A stretch of 56,520 bases of DNA, from assembly GCA_029856365.1 (NCBI GenBank), contig JAHQWW010000012.1, positions 1 to 56,520 of the forward strand. The letters are read 5' to 3'. The position numbers and the translations under genes are program-made. The notes under the pieces were generated by a model that saw only the letters and a list, made by a program, of their open reading frames with translations, searched no databases and was not told the origin of the DNA. Positions 49,748-56,520 of the stretch are shown here, one piece after another (positions within the stretch are counted from its first letter, which is position 1; every line of letters begins with the position of its first letter). The stretch is from Candidatus Hodarchaeota archaeon (GTDB lineage: Archaea; Asgardarchaeota; Heimdallarchaeia; Hodarchaeales; Hodarchaeaceae).

Positions 49748-51246
49748 AACCCAAATAATCCAACCAATGATCCCATACCAATTCCAATGAATGAAAGGGC
49801 TGCTCCAGCGTACCCTAACGCCTTAGCTCCAACTGACTTAGCATAATAAGCAATATCACGATGGACTTCAATGACCACTGAACGACCTATTATTATCCCT
49901 CTATCCGATTCATCAACAGAAATATTCAACACATGAGTACCAAATCTATTTGGTCGAAATTGGAGGTTAATTGCATCACCCACCTGCAATATATCGCTTA
50001 CTAACCTCAATATGTCAATTGGTACGGTAGTAGAGGAAAATTCTAAGACGGAACCTTCAGGAGGAAGCGATATTCTCCCTTCATCTAATAATAACGTTTG
50101 TGACGCATCATCTGGATCTAATGAGCTCATAGAGGTTTGAACTTGGATTCGAACTTTACGTTGTACGTTTTGTAAATTCAAAATGAAGACAATGATCTTA
50201 AAAGGATCAATATTTCCTATATGTGCAGCAGGGTGACAAACAGTCACAAATTCATCTTTGTTTTGGATGGAATTCAAATTATCCGTAACCAATACAAAGA
50301 TTCGTTGAACTAATTCGAAAATTTGAGGAATTTCATCCTCGATGTCACGTATTACAGCTGATAAGGTCTGAGAAGAAATACCAGAATGCTGACCTTTCAG
50401 AAACTCAATCAGATAATTAGGATCGATAATCTCAGTTAATTCTCTTTGAAAAATCTCCTCGGTCATTAATTCTGGAACAAATTCCTTAAGGTAAACTATA
50501 AGTAATATCTTTTCTCGAGCACGTTCTAATCTCGTTTGTATATCTAATTCGTTCAGATAATTTGGATTAAAATGTTCTAGAATGGATTTTGACCATTCAT
50601 CCATGCGAATCCGAGTAATTGGGTCAAGATGGGTGAAAATAGAGTCAGATAAAATATTATCCAACTTCAAATCCTCACTTTTTGGAGAATAGAATTTCAT
50701 TAAGCCCCCTGGTTGTAATGCTGATTTATCAGGAAGCCGTAAGAGGATTGATGCACCACTCGATATGGCTAAGAGACCAATACTTGCCACAAAAATAAAA
50801 ATTCGTGCAATAATTGGAGCTGTTTGATTTACTTCATCTGTTGGAGTCAATAAGAGAGCGGAAATAAATACAAGAAAAGAAATAATAACACTAATGGTTA
50901 TACTATATGAGCTACGATAAAGTAATTTAATAGAAGATTCTATCTCTTTAAATCCTTCTACTCCACGAATTAAGAGTCCTGTACTTGAGATTCTTTGAAT
51001 CTCCGCTTCAAATGTTTTTTCCATAAAGAAACCATTAAGAGAAAACGGAAAAGCGATTATTATCAGTGTGATGTAAAGGATGGTTGTTATTAAATGGACA
51101 AATCTGTATAGATCAGTAATTTCTAGAGGCGAAAGGGCAAGAATGATTAAAGTACAAGCCAAAACAATGGGTAATAGGCTTAAAAGCCAAACTCCAAATT
51201 TACGACAATAAAGATTTAAAAAAGAAGCGAGATCCATACCAACCAA
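49744..51246 (-). CDS. Hypothetical membrane protein (4 N-terminal TMs, helical domain, Ig-like beta domain, C-terminal TM)
   Basis: 500-aa ORF; hydropathy and strand pattern only. Confidence 0.7.
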   Translation of the reverse strand: MVGMDLASFLNLYCRKFGVWLLSLLPIVLACTLIILALSPLEITDLYRFVHLITTILYITLIIIAFPFSLNGFFMEKTFEAEIQRISSTGLLIRGVEGFKEIESSIKLLYRSSYSITISVIISFLVFISALLLTPTDEVNQTAPIIARIFIFVASIGLLAISSGASILLRLPDKSALQPGGLMKFYSPKSEDLKLDNILSDSIFTHLDPITRIRMDEWSKSILEHFNPNYLNELDIQTRLERAREKILLIVYLKEFVPELMTEEIFQRELTEIIDPNYLIEFLKGQHSGISSQTLSAVIRDIEDEIPQIFELVQRIFVLVTDNLNSIQNKDEFVTVCHPAAHIGNIDPFKIIVFILNLQNVQRKVRIQVQTSMSSLDPDDASQTLLLDEGRISLPPEGSVLEFSSTTVPIDILRLVSDILQVGDAINLQFRPNRFGTHVLNISVDESDRGIIIGRSVVIEVHRDIAYYAKSVGAKALGYAGAALSFIGIGMGSLVGLFGF

Positions 51247-51284
51247 TCCTACAAATCATTCGGTCAATAAGTCTCATATTAGTT

Positions 51285-51833
51285 TTAATCTTCTTCGTTG
51301 ATCGCTGATGACTCCCCAAAAATTCCAGATTTTGGGGAGTAACAAAGTGGAATAACATCTAAAGTAGATTTCGGAGCTGCTTGAGGATCAACATGTACCA
51401 CTTGCACCTCTCCAATAAAAATTGAATGTGTTCCGATATCAGTGAGAGTTTTCACAACTATGCATTCAATGTTAATCGGACATTCTTTTATAAGAGGTAC
51501 AGAAATTTTAGTTGCTTTTACGGGAGTGAAACCACAAGCAGCCCATTTATTTGTGTCTTTTCCTGTTTTACTCCCACATAATTTGGTTTCCTCTAATTGG
51601 GTGGACGTTGGGATATTTACAACAAATTCCCCAGAGTTAGATATTAATTTATAACTAAATCTTGATGGGCGAATAGAGACCGAAATTAACGGTGGTTGAG
51701 AACAAACAACACCAGTCCACGCAATTGTGATAATGTTCGCTTTTTCTCCGTTAGTACAGGATACTAAGACGACTGGAGCTGGAAACCATGCGACAGTTGG
51801 ATCATGAAGTTCTTTAATTTGATTCATTTTCAT
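51285..51833 (-). CDS. Flavin reductase (DIM6/NTAB, flavoredoxin-like)
   Basis: PVVLVS, NIITIAW, GEFVVNIP, ECPINIEC and GTHSIFIGEV. Confidence 0.92.
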   Translation of the reverse strand: MKMNQIKELHDPTVAWFPAPVVLVSCTNGEKANIITIAWTGVVCSQPPLISVSIRPSRFSYKLISNSGEFVVNIPTSTQLEETKLCGSKTGKDTNKWAACGFTPVKATKISVPLIKECPINIECIVVKTLTDIGTHSIFIGEVQVVHVDPQAAPKSTLDVIPLCYSPKSGIFGESSAINEED

Positions 51834-52054
51834 TTCTTTCCATAGAAATAGGGTAAAAGTTTTTCACAAATGTTTCATAACTATGTGTGATGTTGTCACC
51901 ACTAAATATTTTAGGTTCTTATTACTTTATAATATGTTATTCCTATAGCATCATTGGTGATTAGAATAAGCGTCTCTCACACAACTCATTAGTGTTTGCT
52001 GGAAATGACCAAAAAACATACTAAAATAGTAAAAGCAATGAAATAGTATCATAG

Positions 52055-53671
52055 GTGATTAGAATAAGCAACAAGTACATTATTGTAACAGGAGGAGTCA
52101 TGAGTGGATTAGGCAAAGGATTGTTAGCCGCGTCTCTCGCAAAACTCCTTAGCGCTTCTGGTTACTCTGTTTGCCCGATCAAATTTGACGGATATTTAAA
52201 TGTAGATGCTGGTACAATAAATCCCTTCAAACATGGGGAAGTGTTTGTTCTTGATGATGGCACTGAAACTGATATGGATCTTGGAACATATGAAAGATTC
52301 CTAAATATTTCACTCGATTCTTGGTCTTCTTTGACTGGTGGCCAAATTTTCCAAAATATAATTGAAAAAGAAAGACAAGGAGAGTTCCTTGGCCAAGATA
52401 TTCAGTTTATTCCCCATGTCACAAACGAAATAATTTCATGGATACGCCAGAAAGACGATGTTGTAGATGTAACGCTTGTTGAAGTAGGTGGAACAATTGG
52501 AGACATTGAGAACGCATATTTCATTGAAGCCCTACGTCAATTGGCGTTAACTTGTGATAAATCAGACGTCTGCTGGGTACATGTGACACTAATCCCATTC
52601 TTACAAGTAGTTGGAGAGCAGAAAACGAAACCCACACAAGCAAGTGTTAAAACCTTGCAAGGAATGGGAATACAACCTGACATTCTCCTTTGTCGCTCAG
52701 AGAAACCGTTGAATCCAGATGTACGCCAAAAAGTTGCTATGTTCTGCAACGTTTCCGTTTCCGATGTTATTAGTGGACACGATGTTCAGGTAATCTATGA
52801 GTACCCTTTTCAATTGTTAGAAGAAGAAATTCTGGCAAGTGTGTTCAAGAGATTACAAATGGGACCCAAGAAATTACCCTCTCTATCAACTTGGAGAGAT
52901 CTCTTAGATAAAATCAAGAATCCAATAGGAGAAGTGACTATCGGTGTGGGTGGTAAATATACAGCACTCGGAGATGCTTATGTCTCAATTGTTAAAGCAC
53001 TGACTCATGCAGGAGCTCATTTAGGTATAAAAGTAAATCCAGTATTTATTGAAACAACGAATATAGCTACTAAAGATTTGGATCATCATATCAAATCTTG
53101 CGATGGTATCATCATTCCTGGAGGCTTTGGATATCGGGGTATCGAGGGGAAGATATCACTGATCACAAGACTACGGGAGAATAAACTACCATTCTTAGGA
53201 ATTTGTCTAGGGCTTCAATGTGCTGTTATTGAGTTTGCTAGAAATATCTGTGGTCTTGAAAACGCCAACTCTACAGAATTCGATCCTGATACTCCTTATC
53301 CTGTTATTGATTTGTTACCTTCGCAACGTAGTGTATATCGCAAGGGAGGAACAATGCGACTTGGACTATATCCTGTGATAATTAGAGAAAGAACCCGAGT
53401 ACACGCTATATATGGTAAGAATGAGATAAAAGAGCGTTTTCGACACCGTTATGAAATCAATCCTGATTATGTTTCTCAGATAGTGGCGAATGGTTTTACA
53501 TTCTCAGGAATGTCTTCTGATAGTTCCGTAGTTCATATTGGAGAGCTGACAGATCACCCATTCTACGTTGGAACCCAATTTCACCCTGAATTTTTATCAC
53601 GTTTTGAACAACCAGCTCCACTGTTCAAAGCTTTTGTAAAGAGCTGTTTGAAGAATCAAAGTGGAAATTGA
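52055..53671 (+). CDS. pyrG: CTP synthase
   Basis: TGGVMSGLGKG, HGEVFV, KTKPTQ, GICLG, RHRYE and QFHPEF. Confidence 0.98.
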   Translation: MIRISNKYIIVTGGVMSGLGKGLLAASLAKLLSASGYSVCPIKFDGYLNVDAGTINPFKHGEVFVLDDGTETDMDLGTYERFLNISLDSWSSLTGGQIFQNIIEKERQGEFLGQDIQFIPHVTNEIISWIRQKDDVVDVTLVEVGGTIGDIENAYFIEALRQLALTCDKSDVCWVHVTLIPFLQVVGEQKTKPTQASVKTLQGMGIQPDILLCRSEKPLNPDVRQKVAMFCNVSVSDVISGHDVQVIYEYPFQLLEEEILASVFKRLQMGPKKLPSLSTWRDLLDKIKNPIGEVTIGVGGKYTALGDAYVSIVKALTHAGAHLGIKVNPVFIETTNIATKDLDHHIKSCDGIIIPGGFGYRGIEGKISLITRLRENKLPFLGICLGLQCAVIEFARNICGLENANSTEFDPDTPYPVIDLLPSQRSVYRKGGTMRLGLYPVIIRERTRVHAIYGKNEIKERFRHRYEINPDYVSQIVANGFTFSGMSSDSSVVHIGELTDHPFYVGTQFHPEFLSRFEQPAPLFKAFVKSCLKNQSGN

Positions 53672-53675
53672 AAAT

Positions 53676-54737
53676 TTACTCCTCTTCTGATATAAAAGGT
53701 TCGGGCTCAAACTTAGGTTCAGGTTCGGGAAGTGGTTCACCATCCGCATCTGTTAATGTTACAGATGTCATACCAAATCCCACTTCAACCTCTTCAATGA
53801 TCATTTGGTAAAATTTACCTTTGAAAAAAATGTTATAAAAGAATGAAACGAGAACCACGATTAAGGAAACGTTGATTAAGCAAAAAAGAACGAGGTCAAT
53901 CATTAGTTGGGCTCTAGTGTTCCAATCACTTAAAGCGTCGGCTCCTAAAGCAGCTAAAGAACCTAAAGTGATGAATCCACTAGTTAAATTTGCAACTTTC
54001 TTTCCAATTAACCAATTGAGTTTACTTGCTGAATTATAGGCCTTCAATCTTGCATCAATAAGCATCCACGCCAGTGGATATATTAATGTGAAGATAACGG
54101 GCACAAAAAAGAACAAAATGAGTGTCCGAAGTAGAAAGAAAAGTATATTCTCGCCAGGATTTAGTATTTGAGTGGGATCACCATCTGCTAAGAAAACTGC
54201 TAGAGTGTTCATTAAGAATGCTGAAACTGACACCCAAGCAAGTAATAATGCAATATATTTATTAAATATGTCAGGCATAGCTATTTTTCCTTTTTCAGGA
54301 GGAACATATTCGAGATAATGAATGTCTCCTCTAGTAAAGAATAATTTCAGCATTTTATTATCTACAAGTAAATGAGCTGCCTTAGGTGTTACTTTCAAAC
54401 CAAGGAGAAACCATAGAAAGATAACCAAGAATGCTATAACAAAACTAACTATAATTCCAAACCAGTTAAATGGGATTACGAAGCTAGCAAGTACAATTTC
54501 CTGATTCTCATCACCTAAAAATGCTGGTGCAATAAAAAAGAACAGGGAAACCAAGATCAATATTACAGTGATGACTATTCCAGAGAATGCAAATTTGAAT
54601 TCGGGATGTCTAAGGGTACGGAACATTTCTTTCAATGTTTCTTTCATATACCCTCCTAAACGCTTCATTTTGCTTTCAGGTAGCTGATCCGTAGGAACAG
54701 CTGATGTTTCATCAGATATTGGTGAACTCTCTTCCAT
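53676..54737 (-). CDS. Hypothetical polytopic membrane protein with acidic PEPE tail
   Basis: About 6 TMs; 353-aa ORF. Confidence 0.7.
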   Translation of the reverse strand: MEESSPISDETSAVPTDQLPESKMKRLGGYMKETLKEMFRTLRHPEFKFAFSGIVITVILILVSLFFFIAPAFLGDENQEIVLASFVIPFNWFGIIVSFVIAFLVIFLWFLLGLKVTPKAAHLLVDNKMLKLFFTRGDIHYLEYVPPEKGKIAMPDIFNKYIALLLAWVSVSAFLMNTLAVFLADGDPTQILNPGENILFFLLRTLILFFFVPVIFTLIYPLAWMLIDARLKAYNSASKLNWLIGKKVANLTSGFITLGSLAALGADALSDWNTRAQLMIDLVLFCLINVSLIVVLVSFFYNIFFKGKFYQMIIEEVEVGFGMTSVTLTDADGEPLPEPEPKFEPEPFISEEE

Positions 54738-54862
54738 ATTAAAGCTTCCTTTTGTTTTTCTTTCTCCTTTTAAAGTCTAATCCGCTTATTTTGGTTTAAA
54801 ACTCGAAGATGATTCTCATATTAAAGAAATGACTTGGATATTAATTCTCTCTCCAAGAACTA

Positions 54863-56520
54863 TTAATGTTTTCGTTTTCCCCAATCAATACCTGTCCAGT
54901 CGGATTTTCTCTCTCGAGGGGCTGTTTCCTCAACTATTTCTTCGATCTCTTCCTCGTCATCACTGTATTCTGCTAATCGATTCTTAATGTTCTTCTGCAC
55001 CTCGCCAAGTGAGTTTTCTAATGCTCTAGTATCAATTTTAAAGGATTGCAATTCTGGCACAACAAGTTCTTTGATTTGCTGAGTAACTGTTGCTAGATAC
55101 TCAGAAATTTTCATTAGATGATCGACATCAGTTGAGGAAATGACTTCAGGAGCAGATACCTCAGTTCCGACTTGTTCTGGTTCAATGGCAGTTGGTGGAA
55201 CATCGCTTGTTTCTATTGCTTCTAGCTCCTCTTCCACTGCTCCTGGGGCGAAAACTACTGTTGATGAAGGTTCAGCCACTTTCCCATCGATTATTTTTAT
55301 GGTTGGAGGAGGTACCAACTCACTTTCCATAACAAAAGTAGTTTCATAAATTTCGGTACTGTGAGCTACGGTGATAATTTTTTCAGGTTTTTCTTGCTTA
55401 TGAATACCTCGAATAGGTTCTGAATGTTTACATATTTCTTGGACACGAGTTATATGATGACCATCCATTTGCATAAGATATAAACGATTTTGAGCAGCAA
55501 AAAGCAGGAGTGAATTATCGATGACGTTTATTCGCTGGATAGAGGCATCAACTTTATGACTTGTAATTCTACGATTTGAGATTTTCTCCCAAAAGATTAG
55601 ATCACCGTTTGCATGACCAGTTACGTTATAATCGAATTCCAATGTTGTTCCAATCGATTTTATTGGTGATTTAGTTTCAACTGAGCTTATTAATTTTCCA
55701 TTACGTTTCCAAAACTTTATGAACCCATCATCACTCCCAGAAATAATGACTTCATCATTCATGAAGAACACTGAACTTATAAAATCGTCATGAGCTGCCC
55801 AAGTTGTTTGTTTTTTACCCTCTATTGAAAAAACATGTAATGAATAATCTCCACTACACGCTGCGACAAAGATATCCTCAGAGGGAGAGCATGCTAATCC
55901 TGTGACTAAAGGTACTTTTTTGATCCGTTTAACTTCTGACTGGTTTGTAAGATCCCAAATACTGATTGTATCATCATATGCTCCAGCAATTACAACATTA
56001 CGTGATGGAATGAACAAAACGGAGGAAATAGTTTCCTTATGCTTTGCTAATGTCTGATCGTGACCGGTTGAATAGTTTAAGTAATGGACTTGCTTATCTC
56101 CTGAAGCATAAATAATCATATTATCTCCCAAGAAGGAAACAAATTCTGCTGTATGAGAGTGGCCATCAATTTGAGATATTTTCTCTCCTGTAGGGGAGAA
56201 AATAGAAATATTACGCTCTCCAGTTCCTTTAATAATTCTGGAGTCCAAAGTAATAATAGCATTACACCCAGAAAGACTGTGATCATGACTTAAGAGCTCT
56301 CCTGTACTTGTATTGACAATAAGCATCTTTCTTTCACCAGCCACCACAACAAATCCCGCTTGGGCACTGTAATCTACAGAAAGGGGTGTGAAGTCGATTT
56401 TAAAACCAAATTGTGGATTAAAATCTAAATCCAAGATTTTACCTGTACCATCTTCAGATACAGTTACAATTCTATCCCCATCTCTACAAATAGAAGTAAT
56501 TAATCCATCATGTACAGGGA
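54863..56520 (-). CDS. WD40-repeat protein with acidic linker, coiled coil and Trp/acidic C-terminal tail (5' end beyond the window)
   Basis: GH/AH...D..I..W repeats (GAYDDTISIWD, SGSDDGFIKFW, GHANGDLIFW). The frame stays open to the window edge. Confidence 0.88.
   Translation of the reverse strand, partial: PVHDGLITSICRDGDRIVTVSEDGTGKILDLDFNPQFGFKIDFTPLSVDYSAQAGFVVVAGERKMLIVNTSTGELLSHDHSLSGCNAIITLDSRIIKGTGERNISIFSPTGEKISQIDGHSHTAEFVSFLGDNMIIYASGDKQVHYLNYSTGHDQTLAKHKETISSVLFIPSRNVVIAGAYDDTISIWDLTNQSEVKRIKKVPLVTGLACSPSEDIFVAACSGDYSLHVFSIEGKKQTTWAAHDDFISSVFFMNDEVIISGSDDGFIKFWKRNGKLISSVETKSPIKSIGTTLEFDYNVTGHANGDLIFWEKISNRRITSHKVDASIQRINVIDNSLLLFAAQNRLYLMQMDGHHITRVQEICKHSEPIRGIHKQEKPEKIITVAHSTEIYETTFVMESELVPPPTIKIIDGKVAEPSSTVVFAPGAVEEELEAIETSDVPPTAIEPEQVGTEVSAPEVISSTDVDHLMKISEYLATVTQQIKELVVPELQSFKIDTRALENSLGEVQKNIKNRLAEYSDDEEEIEEIVEETAPRERKSDWTGIDWGKRKH

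Noticed and set aside
1072-55349. Many 60-180 aa ORFs overlapping assigned genes (e.g. 4104-4628, 24168-24701, 29807-30184)
   Set aside because: Opposite-strand or alternate-frame shadows of well-supported genes, with no motifs.

Overview
AT-rich, gene-dense archaeal chromosomal segment. TYW1/Taw1, a COG1340-type coiled-coil protein, GGTGA/GGAGG Shine-Dalgarno motifs, a WD40 protein and a C-terminal-anchored LVIVD protein suggest an Asgard archaeon (Heimdallarchaeia/Hodarchaeales-like); this is an inference. The window has two parts. (1) About 3.2-25.5 kb looks like an accessory ion/osmotic-stress region: three MscS channels, CorA, MgtA, NhaA, a ferritin-like protein, two HdeD/DUF308 genes, Yip1, Lys/Glu helix proteins, longer intergenic spacers and gene remnants. 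Within it, an ~8.9 kb cassette (polyferredoxin + W/Mo aldehyde oxidoreductase, pfkA, glgP, mgtA) is bracketed by an 84-bp ~90% identical direct repeat copying the corA 3' end. (2) About 25.6-56.5 kb is tightly packed metabolic/housekeeping DNA: nitrilases, M20 peptidase, GH57, taw1, an orphan CheW-like + histidine kinase pair, HtpX, non-pyrrolysine MttB, a Met/Cys PLP lyase, pyrG and a WD40 protein. It also holds a tandem pair of small paralogous PUR/PC4-like domains. Three genes are disrupted (HdeD, HAD, GPH-MFS). I recognised no rRNA, tRNA, CRISPR array, transposase or integrase.
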